64,000 nt of DNA from Eledone cirrhosa (lineage: Eukaryota): contig OZ024758.1 of NCBI GenBank assembly GCA_964016885.1, forward strand, positions 32,550,001 through 32,614,000, given 5' to 3'. How positions within the stretch are numbered: position 1 is the first letter of the stretch; each line of letters begins with the position of its first letter. Shown piece by piece: positions 35,508 to 50,190 of the stretch. The notes beneath the pieces were generated by a model, which ran no database searches, was not told the origin of the DNA, and worked only from the letters and a program-made list of their open reading frames with translations. A program made the position numbers and the translations under genes.

Positions 35508-38500
35508 GGCTGTGTTATAGCATATGTGAAGGTCAGTGTTATAGGGTTGTGTTATAGTGTAGGGTTGTGTTATAGTATAGGGTTGTGTTATAGTGTAGGG
35601 TTGTGTTATAGTATAGGGTTGTGTTATAGTGTAGGGTTGTGTTATAGTATAGGGTTGTGTTATAGTGTAGGGTTGTGTTATAGTATAGGGTTGTGTTATA
35701 GTGTAGGGTTGTATTATAGTGTAGGGTTGTTATAGCATAGGTCTGTGTTATAGCATAGGGTTGTGTTATAATATAGGGTTGTGTTATAGTGTAGGGCTGT
35801 GTTATAGTCTAGGGTTGTGTTATAGTGTAGGGCTGTGTAATAGTATAGGACTGTGTTATAGTGAAGGGTTGTGTTATAGTATAGGGTTGTGTTATAGTGT
35901 AGGGCTGTGTTATGGTGTAGGGCTGAGTTATAATATAGGGTTGTGTTATAGTGTAAGGCTGTGTTATAGTAGAGGGTTGTGTTATAGTGTAGGGTTGTGT
36001 TATAGTGTAGGACTGTGTTATAGTGTAGAGCTGTGTTATTATGTAGGGTTGTTATAGTGTAGGGTTGTGTTATAGTGTAGGGTTGTGTTATATTATAGGG
36101 TTGTGTTATAGTATAGGGTTGTGTTATAGTATAGGGTTGTGTTATAGTATAGGGTTGTGTTATAGTATAGCGTTGTGTTATAGTCTAGGGTTGTGTTATA
36201 GTATAGGGCTGTGTTATAGTGTAGTGTTGAGTTACAGTGTAGGGTTGTGTTATAGTGTAGGGTTGTGTTATAGTGTAGGGTTGTGTTATAGTGTAGGGTT
36301 GTGTTATAGTATAGGGTTGTGTTAAAGTGTAGCGCAGTGTTATAGTGTAGGGCTGTGTTATAGTGTAGGGTTGTGTTATAGGGCCGTGTTATAGTATAGG
36401 GTTGTGTTATAGTATAGGGCTCTGTTATAATGTAGGGTTGTGTTATTATGTAGGGTTGTGTTATTATGTAGGGTTGTGTTATTATGTAGGGTTGTGTTAT
36501 AGTGTAGGGTTGTGTTATAGTATAGGGTTGTGTTTTAGTATAGGGTAGTGTTATAGGATAGGGCCGTGTTATAGTGTAGCGTTGTGTTATAGTGTAGGGC
36601 TGTGTTTTAGTGTAGGGTTGTGTTATAGTGTAGGGTTGTGCTATAGTATAGGTTGTGTTATAGTGTAGGGTTGTGTTATAGTGTAGGTTTGTGTTATAGT
36701 ATAGGGATATGTTATAGTGTAGGGCTGTGTTATAGTGTAGGGTTGTGTTATAGTATAGGGTTGTGTTATAGTGTAAGGTTGTGTTATAGTTTAGGGTTGT
36801 GTTATAGTATAGGGATGTGTTATAGCATAGGGTTGTGTAGTATTATAGGGATCTGTTATACTGTAGGTTGTGTTGTAGTGTAGGGCTGTGTTAGAGTGAA
36901 GGGTTGTGTTATAGGGCTGTGTTATAGTATAGGGTTGTGTTATAGTATAGGACTGTGTTATAATGTAGGATTGTGTTATAGTGTAGGGTTGTGTTATAGT
37001 GTAGGGTTGTGTTATAGTATAGGGTTGTGTTATAGTGTAGGGTTTTGTTATAGGACTGTGTTATAGTATAGCGTTGTGTTATAGTGTAGAGTTGTGTTAT
37101 AGTGTAGAGTTGTGTTATAGAATAGGGCTGTGTTATAGAATAGGGCTGTGTTATGGTGTAGGGTTGTGTTATAGAGTAGGGATGTGTTATAGTGTAGGGT
37201 TGTAATATAGTGTAGGGTTGTGTTATAGTATAGGGTTGTGTTATAGTATAGGGTTGTGTTATACTATAGGGTTGTGTTATAGTGTAGGGTGGTGTTATAA
37301 TATAGGGTTGTATTATAGTATGGGTTGTGTTGTAGTATAGGGTTGTGTTGTAGTATAGGGTTGTGTTGTAGTATAGGGTTGTGTTATAGTATAGAGTTGT
37401 TTTATAGTATAGGGTTGTGTTATAGTGTATGGTTGTGTTATAGTGTACAGCTGTATTATAGTGTAGGGTTGTGTTATAGTGTAGGGCTGTGTTATAGGGC
37501 TGTTATAGTATAGGGTTGTGCTATAGTGTAGGGTTGTGTTATAGTGAAGGGGTGTGTTATAGAGTAGGGTTGTGTTATAGTTTTGGGTTGCGTTATAGTG
37601 TAGGGTTGTTCTAGTGTAGGGCTGCGTTATAATGTAGGGTTGTGTTATAGGGTAGGGTTGTATAATAGTGTAGGGGTGTGTTATAGAGTAGGATTGTGTT
37701 ATAGTGTTGGGTGACGTTATAGTGTAGGGTTGTTCTAGTGTAGGGCTGTGTTATAGTGTAGTGTTGTGTTATAGGGTTGTGGTTTAGTGTAGGGTTGTGT
37801 TATAGTGTAGGGTTGTGTTATCATGTAGGGTTGTATTATAGTGTAGGGTTGTTATAGCATAGGGTTGTGTTATAATATAGGGTTGTGTTATAGTGTAGGG
37901 CCGTGTTATCATAGGGCTGTTATAGTATAGGGTTGTGCTATAGTGTAAGGTTGTGTTATAGTGAAGGGTTGTGGTTTAGTGTAGGGTTGTGTTATAATAT
38001 AGGGTTGTGTTATAGTGTAGGGTTGTGTTATAGTGTAGGGTTGTGTTATAGTGTAGGGTTGTGTTATAGTATAGGGTTGTGTTATAGTGTAGGGCTGTGT
38101 TATAGTATAGGGTTGTGTTATAGTGTAGTGCTGCGTTATGGTGTAGGGTTGTGTTACAGTGTAGGGTTGTGTTATAGTATAGGGCTGTGTTATAGTGTAG
38201 GGCTGTGTTATAGTGTAGGGCTGTGTTATAGTGTAGGGTTGTGTTATAGTGTAGGGCTGTGTTATACTGTAGGGCTGTGTTATAGTGTATGGCTGTGTTA
38301 TAATATAGGGTTGTGTTATAGTGTAAGGCTGTGTTATAGTAGAGGGTTGTGTTATAGTGTAGGGTTGTGTTATAGTGTAGGACTGTGTTATAGTGCAGGG
38401 CTGTGTTATTATGTAGGTTGTTATAGTGTAGCGTTGTGTTATAGTGTAGGGCTGTGTTATAGTATAGGGTTGTGTTATAGTGTAGTGTTGTGTTATAGTG

Positions 38501-41500
38501 TAGATTGTGTTATAGGGTTGTGTTATAGTTTAGGGTTGTGTTATAGTATAGGGTTGTGTTATAGTCTAGGGTTGTGTTATAGTGTAGTGTTGGGTTACAG
38601 TGTAGGGTTGTGTTATAGTGTAGGGTTGTGTTATAGTATAGAGTTGTGTTATAGTATAGGGTTGTGTTAAAGTGTAGCGCAGTGTTATAGTGTAGGGCTG
38701 TGTTATTGTGTAGGGTTGTGTTATAGGGCCGTGTTATAGTATAGGGTTGTGTTGTAGTATAGGGCTCTGTTATAATGTAGGGTTGTGTTATTATGTAGGG
38801 TTGTGTTATAGTGTAGGGTTGTGTTATAGTTGAGGGTTGTGTTATAGTATAGGGTTGTGTTATAGTATAGGGCTTTGTTTTAGTATAGGGTAGTGTTATA
38901 GGATAGGGCTGTGTTATAGTGTAGCGTTGTGTTATAGTGTAGGGCTGTGTTTTAGTGTAGGGTTATGTTATAGTGTAGGGTTGAGCTATAGTATAGGTTG
39001 TGTTATAGTGTAGGGTTGTGTTATAGTGTAGGTTGTGTTATAGGGTTGTGTTATAGTATAGGGTTTTGTTATAGTATAGGGTTGTGTTATAGTTTATGGT
39101 TGTGTTATAGTGTAGTATTGTGTTATAGTATAGGGATATGTTATAGTGTAGGGCTGTGTTATAGTATAGGGTTGTGTTATAGTATAGGGTTTTGTTATAG
39201 TATAGGGTTGTGTTATAGTTTATGTTTGTGTTATAGTATAGGGATATGTTATAGTGTAGGGCTGTGTTATAGTATAGGGTTGTGTTATAGTGTAAGGTTG
39301 TGTTATAGTTTAGGGTTGTGTTATAGTATAGGGTTGTGTAGTATTATAGGGTTCTGTTATACTGTAGGTTTTGTTATAGTGTAGGGCTGTGTTAGAGTGA
39401 AGGGTTGTGTTATAGGGCTGTGTTATAGTATAGGGTTGTGTTATAGTATAGGACTGTGTTATAATGTAGGATTGTGTTATAGTGTAGGGTTGTGTTATAG
39501 TGTAGGGTTGTGTTATAGTATAGGGTTGTGTTATAGTGTAGGGTTTTGTTATAGTGTAGGGTTGTGTTATAGGGCTGTGTTATAGTATAGCGTTGTGTTT
39601 TAGTATAGAGTTGTGTTATAGAATAGGGCTGTGTTATAGAATAGGGCTGTGTTATGGTGTAGGGTTGTGTTATAGAGTAGGGATGTGTTATAGTGTAGGG
39701 TTGTTATAGCGTAGGGTTGTTATAGCGTAGGGCTGTGTTATAGCATAGGGTTGTGTTATAATATAGAGTTGTGTTATGGTGTAGGGCCGTGTTATCATAG
39801 GGCTGTTATAGTATAGGGTTGTGCTATAGTGTAAGGTTGTGTTATAGTGAAGGGTTGTGGTTTAGTGTAGGGTTGTGTTATAGTGTAGGGTTGTGTTATA
39901 GTGTAGTGTTGTGTTATAGTGTAGTGTTGTGTTATAGTGTAGATTGTGTTATAGTTTAGGGTTGTGTTATAGTATAGGGTTGTGTTATAGTATAGGGTTG
40001 TGTTATAGTATAAGGTTGTGTTATAGTCTAGGGTTGTGTTATAGTGTAGTGTTGGGTTACAGTGTAGGGTTGTGTTATAGTGTAGGGTTGTGTTATAGTA
40101 TAAGGTTGTGTTATAGTCTAGGGTTGTGTTATAGTGTAGTGTTGGGTTACAGTGTAGGGTTGTGTTACAGTGTAGGGTTGTGTTATAGTGTAGGGTTGTG
40201 TTATAGTATAGGGTTGTGTTATAGTGTAGGGTTGTGTTATAGTGTAGGGCTGTGTTATACTGTAGGGCTGTGTTATAGTGTAGGGCTGTGTTATAATATA
40301 GGGTTGTGTTATAGTGTAGTGCTGTGTTATAGTGTAGGGTTGTGTTACAGTGTAGGGTTGTGTTATAGTATAGGGCTGTGTTATAGTGTAGGGCTGTGTT
40401 ATAGTGTAGGGTTGTGTTATAGTGTAGGGCTGTGTTATACTGTAGGGCTGTGTTATAGTGTAGGGCTGTGTTATAGGGCCGTGTTATAGTATAGGGTTGT
40501 GTTGTAGTATAGGGCTCTGTTATAAGGTAGGGTTGTGTTATTATGTAAGGTTGTGTTATAGTGTAGGGTTGTGTTATAGTTGAGGGTTGTGTTATAGTAT
40601 AGGATTGTGTTATAGTATAGGGTTGTGTTTTAGTATAGGGTAGTGTTATAGGATAGGGCTGTGTTATAGTGTAGTGTTGTGTTATAGTGTAGGGCTGTGT
40701 TTTAGTGTAGGGTTGTGTTATAGTGTAGGGTTGTGCTATAGTATAGGTTGTGTTATAGTGTAGGGTTGTGTTATAGTGTAGGTTGTGTTATAGTTTATGG
40801 TTGTGTTATAGGGTTGTGTTATAGTGTAGTATTGTGTTATAGTGTAGGGCTGGGTTATAGGGTTCTGTTATAGCATTGGGTTGTGTTACAGTGTAGTGTT
40901 GTGTTATAGCATAAGGCTGTGTTATAGTATAGGGTTGTGTTATAGTATAGGGTTGTGCTATAGTATAGGGTTGTGTTATAGTATAGGGTTGTGTTATAGT
41001 ATAGGGCTGTGTTATAGTATAGGGCTGTATTATAGTGTAGGTTGTGTTATAGTATAGGGCTGTGTTATAGTATAGGGTTGTGTTATATTATAGGGTTGTG
41101 TTATAGTGTAGGCTTGTGTGATAGTGTAGGGTTGTGTTATAGTGTAGAGTTGTTTATAGTGTAGGGTTGTGTTATAGGGCGGTGTTATAGAGTAGGGTTG
41201 TGTTATAGGGCTGTGTTATAGTGTACAGCTGTATTATAGTGTAGGGTTGTGTTATAGTGTAGGGCTGTGTTATAGGGCTGTTATAGTATAGGGTTGTGCT
41301 ATAGTGTAGGGTTGTGTTATAGTGAAGGGGTTTGTTATAGAGTAGGGTTGTGTTATAGTTTTGGGTTGCGTTATAGTGTAGGGCTGCGTTATAATGTAGG
41401 GGTGTATAATAGTGTAGGGTTGTGTTATAGTGAAGGGGTGTGTTATAGAGTAGGGTTGTGTTATAGTGTAGGGTTGTGTTATAGGGTTGTGGTTTAGTGT

Positions 41501-44500
41501 AGGGTTGTGTAATAGTGTAGAGTTGTGTTATCATGTAGGGTTGTGTTATAGTGTAGGGCTGTATTATAGGGCTGTTATAGTATAGGGTTGTTCTATAGTG
41601 TAAGGTTGTGTTATAGTGAAGGGTTGTGGTTTAGTGTAGGGTTGTTTTATAGTGTAGGGTTGTGTTATAATGTAGGGTTGTGTTATCGTGTAGGGTTGTG
41701 TTATAGTGTAGGATTGTGTTATATTTTAGGGTTGTGTTATATTTTAGGGTTGTATTATAGTGTAGGGCTGTGTTATAATGTAGGGTTGTGTTATAGTGTA
41801 GGGTTGTATTATAGTGTAGGGTTGTTATAGCGTAGAGCTGTGTTACAGCATAGGGTTGTGTTATAATATAGGGTTGTGTTATAGTGTAGGGCTGTGTTAT
41901 ACTGTAGGGCTGTGTTATAGTGTAGGGCTGTGTTATAATATAAGGCTGTGTTATAGTGTAGAGTTGTTATAGTGTAGGGTTGTGTTATAGTGCAGGCTGT
42001 GTTATAGTGTAGGGCTGTGTTATTGTGTAGGGGTATGTTATAGTGTAGTGTTGTGTTATAGGGTAGGTTGTGTTATAGGGTTGTGTTATAGTATAGGGTT
42101 TTGTTATAGTATACGGTTGTGTTATAGTTTATGGTTGTCTTATAGGGTTGTGTTATAGTGTAGTATTGTGTTATAGTGTAGGGCTGTCTTATAGTGTATG
42201 GCTGGGTTAGAGGGTTGTGTTATAGCATTGGGTTGTGTTACAGTGTAGTGTTGTGTTATAGTGTAAGGCTGTGTTATAGTATAGGGCTGTGTTATAGTAT
42301 AGGGTTGTGTTATAGTATAGGGCTGTGTTACAGTATAGGGCTGTGTTATAGTGTAGGGTTGTGTTATAGTGTAGTGTTGTGTTACAGTATAGGTCTGTGT
42401 TATAATGTAGGGTTGTGTTATAGGGTTGTGTTATTGTGTAGGTTGTGATATAGAATAGGGTTCTGTTATAGTATAGGGTTGTGTTATAGTATAGGGTTGT
42501 GTTATAGTATAGGGCTGTGTTATAGGATAGGGCTGTGTTATAGTGTAGGTTGTGTTATAATATAGGGCTGCGTTATAGTATAGGGCTGTATTATAGTGTA
42601 GGTTGTGTTATAGTATAGGGCTGTGTTATAGTATAGGGTTGTGTTATATTATAGGGTTGTGTTATAGTGTAGGCTTGTGTGATAGTGTAGGGTTGTGTTA
42701 TAGTGTAGAGTTGTTTATAGTGTAGGGTTGTGTTATAGGGCTGTGTTATAGAGTAGGGTTGTGTTATAGGGCTGTGTTATAGTGTACGGTTGTGTTATAG
42801 TATAGGGATGTGTTATAGTGTAGGGTCGTGTTATAGTATAGAGTTGTGTTATAGTATAGGGTTGAGATAGAGTGTAGGGCTGTGTTATAGGGTTGTGTTA
42901 TAATGCAAGGTTGTTTTATAGGGCTGTGTTATAGTATAGGGTTTTGTTATAGTGTAGAGTTGTGTTATAGTGTAGGGTTGTGTTATAGTTTAGGTTGTTT
43001 TATAGTATAGGGTTGTGTTATAGTGTAGGTTTATTTTATAGTATAGGGTTGTATTATAGTGTAGGTTTGTGTTATAGTGTAGGTTTGTGTTATAGTGTAG
43101 GGTTGTGGTATAGTATAGGGTTGTGATATAGTGTAGGTTTTGTTATATTGTCGGGTTGTGTTATAGTATAGGGTTGTGTTATAGTATAGGGTTGTGTTAT
43201 AGTATAGGGTTGTGTTATAGTATAGGGTTGTATTATACTATAGGGCTGTGTTACAGTATAGGGCTGTGTTATAGTGTAGGGTTGTGTTATAGTGTAGTGT
43301 TGTGTTACAGTATAGGTCTGTGTTATAATGTAGGGTTGTGTTATAGGGTTGTGTTATTGTGTAGGTTGTGATATAGAATAGGGTTCTGTTATAGTATAGG
43401 GTTGTGTTATAGTATAGGGTTGTGTTATAGTATAGGGCTGTGTTATAGGATAGGGCTGTGTTATAGTGTAGGTTGTGTTATAATATAGGGCTGCGTTATA
43501 GTATAGGGCTGTATTATAGTGTAGGTTGTGTTATAGTATAGGGCTGTGTTATAGTATAGGGTTGTGTTATATTATAGGGTTGTGTTATAGTGTAGGCTTG
43601 TGTGATAGTGTAGGGTTGTGTTATAGTGTAGAGTTGTTTATAGTGTAGGGTTGTGTTATAGGGCTGTGTTATAGAGTAGGGTTGTGTTATAGGGCTGTGT
43701 TATAGTGTACGGTTGTGTTATAGTATAGGGATGTGTTATAGTGTAGGGTCGTGTTATAGTATAGAGTTGTGTTATAGTATAGGGTTGAGATAGAGTGTAG
43801 GGCTGTGTTATAGGGTTGTGTTATAATGCAAGGTTGTTTTATAGGGCTGTGTTATAGTATAGGGTTTTGTTATAGTGTAGAGTTGTGTTATAGTGTAGGG
43901 TTGTGTTATAGTTTAGGTTGTTTTATAGTATAGGGTTGTGTTATAGTGTAGGTTTATTTTATAGTATAGGGTTGTATTATAGTGTAGGTTTGTGTTATAG
44001 TGTAGGTTTGTGTTATAGTGTAGGGTTGTGGTATAGTATAGGGTTGTGATATAGTGTAGGTTTTGTTATATTGTCGGGTTGTGTTATAGTATAGGGTTGT
44101 GTTATAGTATAGGGTTGTGTTATAGTATAGGGTTGTGTTATAGTATAGGGTTGTATTATACTATAGTGTTGTGATATAGTGTAGGGTTGTGTTATATTGT
44201 AGGGTTGTGTTATAGCATAGGGTTGTGTTATAGTATAGGGTTGTGTTTTAGTATAGGGCTGTGTTATAGCATAGGGTTGTGTTATAGTGTAGGCCTGTGT
44301 TATAGTGTAGGGTTCACTTGTAGTCTAGGGTTGTGTTATAGTATAGGGTTGTGTTATAGTATAGGGCTGTATTATAGTGTAGGGTTGTGTTATTTTGTAG
44401 AATTGTGTTATAGTATAGCGTTGTGTTATAGTATAGGGTTGTGTTATAGTATAGGGTTGTGTTATAGTGTAGGGGTGTGTTATAGTGTAGGGCTGTGTTA

Positions 44501-46214
44501 TAGTATAGGGTTGTGTTATAGGGTTGTGTTATAGTGTAGCGTTGTGTTATAGTGTAGGGCTGTGTTATAGTATAGGTCTATGTTATAGGGTTGTGTTATG
44601 GGGCTTTGTTATAGTGTAGGGTTGTGTTATAGTATAGGGTTGTGTTATAGTGTAGGGTTGTGTTATAGTGTAGGGCTGTGTTATAGTATAAGGTTGTATT
44701 ATAGTGTAGGGCTGTGTTATAGTATAAGGTTGTTATAGTATAGGGTTGTGTTATAGTGAAGGGTTGTGTTATAGTATAGGGTTGTGTTATAGTGTAGGTT
44801 TGTTTTATAGTATAGGGTTGTGTTATAGTGTAGGGTTGTGTTATAGTATAGGGTTGTGTTATAGTGTAGGTTTGTGTTGTAGTGTAGGGTTGTGTTATAG
44901 TGTAAGGTTGTGTTATAGTATAGGGCTGTGTTATAGGGCTCTGTTATAGTGTAGGGTTGTGTTATAGTGTAGTGTTGTGTTATAGTGTCGGGTTGTGTTA
45001 TAGGGCTGTGTTATAGTATAGGGCCGTGTTATAGTGTAGGGTTGTCTTATAGCTTAGGGTTGTGTTATAGTGTAGGGTTGTGTTATAGTCTTGGGTTGTT
45101 TTATAGTATAGGGTTGTGTTATAGTGTAGGGCTGTGTTATAGTGTAGGGCTGTGTTATAGTGTAGGGCTGTCTTATAGTATAGGGTTGTGTTATAGTATA
45201 GGGTTGTGTTATAGTGTAGGGCTGTGTTATAGTATAGGGCTGTGTTATAGTGTAGGGCTGTGTTATAGTATAGGGTTGTGTTATAGTGTAGGGCTGTGCT
45301 ATAGTATAGGGTTGTGTTATAGTGTAGGGTTGTGTTATAGTGTAGGGTTGTGTTATAGTATAGGGTTGTGTTATAGTGTAGGGTTGTGTTATAGTATAGG
45401 ATTGTGTTGCAGTGCAGGGTTGTGTTATAGTATAGGGTTGTGTTGTAGTGTAGGGCTGTTTTATAGTGTAGGGCTGTTTTATAGTGTAGGGCTGTGTTAT
45501 AGTGTAGGGCTGTGTTATAGTGTAGGGCTCTGTTATAGTATAGGGTTGTGTTATAGTGTAGGGCTGTGCTATAGTATAGGGTTGTGTTATAGTGTAGGAT
45601 TATGTTATAGTATAGGGTTGTGTTGTAGAGTAGGGCTGTGTTATAGTATAGGGTAGTGTTGTAGTGTAGGGCTGTGTTATACTATAGGGTTGTGTTATAG
45701 TGTAGGGCCGTCTTATAGTATAGGGTTGTGTTATAGTATAGGGTTGTGTTATAGTGTAGGGCTGTGTTATAGTATAGGGCTGTGTTATAGTGTAGGGCTG
45801 TGTTATAGTATAGGGTTGTGTTATAGTGTAGGGCTGTGCTATAGTATAGGGTTGTGTTATAGTGTAGGGTTGTGTTATAGTGTAGGGTTGTGTTATAGTA
45901 TAGGATTGTGTTGTAGTATAGGATTGTGTTGTAGTGTAAGGTTGTGTTATAGTATAGGGTTGTGTTGTAGTGTAGGGCTGTTTTATAGTGTAGGGCTGTG
46001 TAATAGTGTAGGGCTGTGTTATATTATAGGGTTGTGTTATAGTGTAGGGCTGTGCTATAGTATAAGGTTGTGTTATAGTGTAGGGTTATGTTATAGTATA
46101 GGGTTGTAGTGTAGTGTAGGGATGTGTTATAGTATAGGGTTGTGTTGTAGTGTAGGGCTGTGTTATACTATAGGGTTGTGTTATAGTGTAGGGCTGTGTT
46201 ATATTATAGGGCTG
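35508..46214 (+). repeat. ~10.7-kb 18-bp satellite (GTTATAGTGTAGGGTTGT)n with higher-order duplications
   Basis: Direct reading; strong G/T strand bias; 923-bp and 540-bp internal duplications. Confidence 0.98.
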
Positions 46215-47271
46215 CCCTGTCACAAATAGTTTTTTTTTATGAGAGGTTAGAGATACCTCCACATCTAAATGCCTGTGCTTAACTTCTTAATCATATAGCT
46301 ATGTATGTGTGTGTATGTGTGTATGTGTGCGTCTGTGTGTGTGTGTGTGTATATAGCCATACATGTACTGGCATGGTCACATAACCCTTGATAGAATCAT
46401 AAGAGTGCGGTGTTTGACATTTCTAGGGCCTTTACAAACCTGGTGGAGCTCAATATTCTCCTGGTCTGAATTCAGTAGATTTCTTCCAGAGGAGGAGAGT
46501 GAGAGAATGGAAGTGAGAAAGATATATAGAGAAAGAATTGACCCCAGTACTACACTGGTACTTTTGTATAGACCTCAAATGGATGAAAAGCAGAGTTGAC
46601 GTCAACAGATTTAGACTCAGAGAGCAGAAAACCGAAATGAATACTGCAAAGCATTCTATCCAAAGTTCTAATGACTCACACAAACTAGCTAGATAGATAC
46701 ACAAATCATTATCATTTTATTCCTATTTTTCTATGTTTCTCGATATCCAGCAATGAACACACAAACAGATCTACACATATTTCACCTGTTGTCAGTAGGG
46801 CAAAACATTTCAAAAAGAAATGAGAAACAGTAAAACATATTTGTTGTTTCTTAGATTGAATATAAGCTCGAAATATGTACAGTGGTCATGTAGGGGACAC
46901 GGCAATAAGCATCCAGCACACACTGTCAATGTGGTTAGCGTTAGGAAGGGCATCCAGCTGTAGAAAACCAGCCAGAAACAGTCCTATATGAGTGAGACAC
47001 GGTCACCCAATTCTACTTGCCTCTAAAGGGAAAACCCATCTAACCCATGCTAGCTTGGAAAATAGACGTTAAACAATGATGATGATAATACCCAAAACAA
47101 TTTTTTTGTCCAAGAAAATTCTTGCTGTTTTGTTGTCACACAAATAAAACATTCCACTATTTTTATTCCACAAACCTAAGCTATGTTAAAACAGCCCAAA
47201 TAAACTTATAGACAAATAACATAACCATAGAAAATATGTATTTATATATATATATATATCTTAGTCTTAGA

Positions 47272-50190
47272 TACATCACATCGAGCAGCAAGTACTCGCC
47301 AACGGTCACGATCAGCGGCAACTTTTTTGAGACCGTGCCAGGTGATGTTGACTGCTATCAGGTCCTTCCGGAACGTTCGTTGCCAGGTGATCCTTGGGCA
47401 ACCCCGCCTCCGTTTACCGCCAGGCGGAGTCCAGTTCATCGCTGTTTTCGAATGCCGATCATTTGGCAGACGCAGAATATGGCCAGCCAGACGGCACCGA
47501 CGCTCCATGATCACTCTCTGTAGCATCCACGACTCGGCTCTCCTCGTTTCACATTCGGTTGCGCCAGGACACACGAAGGATCTTTCGCAAGCACCGCTGG
47601 TGGAACGCGTTCAGCCGTCTCTCTATTTTTGCCGTACTCTTCCAGGTCTCGCTCGCATAAAGCACTGTCGGCAGCACGATGCCCTTGTACAGGCGGAGCT
47701 TGGTCTTGGTGCTAATGCAGGAAGATGACCAGACTGGGCACAGCTGCTGAAAAACCTTTGCCGATCCGACAGTTGATGTCGAGCTCCGTGTCACCGCTGC
47801 CTGTTAGGATGCTGCCCAGATAGGTGAAGTGATGGACTTCCTTGAGGTCCTGTTGGTTGACTCTGATCACTGGACCTGTGTTGCTGGCCGTTCTCATCAC
47901 CTTCGTCTTTTTGGTGTTGATTCTCAGGCCGATCTTTTCCGCACTCACTTATAGGGATGTTGTTAGGGCCTGCAGATCTGCACTGTTTTCAGCGATCAAA
48001 GCGATGTTGTCAGCGAATGCCAGGTCTCTCAGCCTCGACTGCCCTCTCCATGGGATTCCTCTACCGGGTCCTTCATCCATTCGCCTTAGTACGAAATCGG
48101 CTGCCAGCAGGAAAAACAGTGGAGAGAGAATGCAACCCTGTCTGACTCCGGAGACAATGTCAAAGAACTCTGTCACACCGGACTCAGTCCGCACGGAGCA
48201 GCTGGAGTTTTCATACAGGGCCTTGAAAATGGCGATGAATCTTGCAGGAATGCCGTACAGTTGCGCAACATTCCACAGCGACTCCCGGTGTATACTGTCG
48301 AATGCCTTCTGGAATTCAATAAAATTGACCGCTAAAAGGCTGTTGTAGCTCAACGCATTGTTCGAGAATGTTGCATAGTGTAAAGATCTGTTCCGTGCAG
48401 GATTGATTTTTTTTGGAAGCCGGCTTGTTACTCCCGGAGCACAGAGTCGACAGCCTGTCGGAGTCGACGCAGCAGCACAGGGCAGAACCCCTTGCCTGGG
48501 ACTGACAGCAATGTGATACCACGCCAGTTGTTGCAGTCTGCCAGGTTTCCCTTCTTCGGCAGTTTCACGATGACACCGCGCTGCCACTCAAGGGGAACCC
48601 GACCAACCCTCCAGCACTGGTTCATCAAGTCTGTCAACGCCGTTATCGTGCTCTCCTCACCGAATTTGAGCAGCTCAGCAGAGATCTCATCCTGTCCGCC
48701 GGCTTTGCCGTTCCTCAAGTGGCTAATCGCATCTCTCGTCTCTTGCTTGGTCATATGGTCCTCGCAGACTTTGAGTACCTCAGTGGTTGCTGGAGTCTCT
48801 GCGGTCAAGTCTATCAGGGCGACTGGATTTGGTTGGTTCAGCGTCTCCCGGAAGTGCTCCATCCATCTCTGCTCCTGTTCTGCTCCAGTGGTTAACGTCT
48901 TGCCATTTTTGTCCTTCACTGGCATGCTGGCACCGCTCGACATTCCTGTCAACTCCCTCTCGATGCGGAACAGTGCTTTTCTGTCGTTTCGACCAGCAGC
49001 TTCCTCTGCCTCAGCACCCTTTTTCTCCAGCCATTCATGTTTGTCCCGCCGACAGCTTCGCTTTACCAGTCGGTTGATTTGGCGGTATACAGCATCTCTT
49101 TTCTTTTGGTCTTCCTCTGATCTGGCAGAATCTAGCTCAACTTCTGCCTTTTTTCGTCTGTCAATCAGGTCCCACGTTGGTTCTTGGATCCATTTTTCCC
49201 TCCTCGTTCCTCATCTTCGGCCAATAGTTTCTTGTGCTGCCTCAGTCACCACTGTCGTGAACATCGTCCATTGATCTTCCAGATCTGCAGCCTCACTCAA
49301 CTGCTGGAATTGGTTGTGTAGCGTCAGTTGGTACAGTCACGCTTGACCGGGATACTTCAGCTTCTCCACTGCATATGGCTTTGGTCCTTCCTGTCGAGTC
49401 CGTTTCTTCAGGCGCAGCTGAAGTTCCGCACGCAGTAGGTGGTGGTCTGAGCCCACGTCCGCACCACGGTACACTCTGACGTCACGTACCGCCAGCGCTG
49501 GTTGATGCAGATGTAGTCGATCTCGTTTTGGCTTTTCTGGTCCGGAGATTGCCAAGTACCCTTGTGAATTGCCTTGTGTTTTAATGCACAAGCTTTTGAT
49601 GGCACAGAACAGCTGCAGTCTCTCGCCGTTATCCGTGGTGACCACAGCAGAACCGAATGGCCCAGTGACCTGTTCCAGTCCCTGTCTGTTGCAGCCAATC
49701 TGAGCGTTGAAATCACCGATCAGTAGTTTGATGTCATAGCTGGACAAGTTATTAAATGTGTCCTGCAGCTGTGTGTAGAAGGCATCCTTGTCGATGTCGG
49801 TTGCGTCATCAATCGGTGCGTAGCCCTGAACAACAGTGATTTTCGCATGCCCACTTTGAAAACGGGAGGTTATGATGTGCTCGCTGACTGGCTCCCATCC
49901 GATCAATGCTCGAGTTTCTCGGGCACCAAGCACAAGTCCAACGCCATGAACGTGCTTGTCTTGGTGTCCAGAGTAAAGCAGAGTTGTGTCTCCGCTGCCA
50001 CTCATCTTTCCACTGCCGGTCCAGCGCATTTCACTCACGTCCAGAATGTCCAGCTGGTAGTGGTCGAACTTGCGAAGTAGCTGAGCCAGCTTTCCTGCCT
50101 GGTGTAGTGTACGCACGTTCCAAGTCGCATCTTTGTTTTGGTGTTCAGAATCCGGCTCATCGGAACCCCAACGTCCTTTCGGCTTTGGTA
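47272..50190 (-). mobile_element. RTE-clade LINE, near full-length (APE + RT), frameshifted
   Basis: TWNVRTL, SEMRWTG, GDFNAQIG, SDHHLL, NWRGITLLS, KAFDS, GVRQGCILSPLFF, FADNIAL, LYASETW, RGCPRITW. Confidence 0.95.

Noticed and set aside
35436-46109. (CYSVGL)n and (TTLHYN)n ORFs as structural proteins
   Set aside because: Products of an 18-bp satellite with frequent frameshifting indels and stops; no frame preservation.
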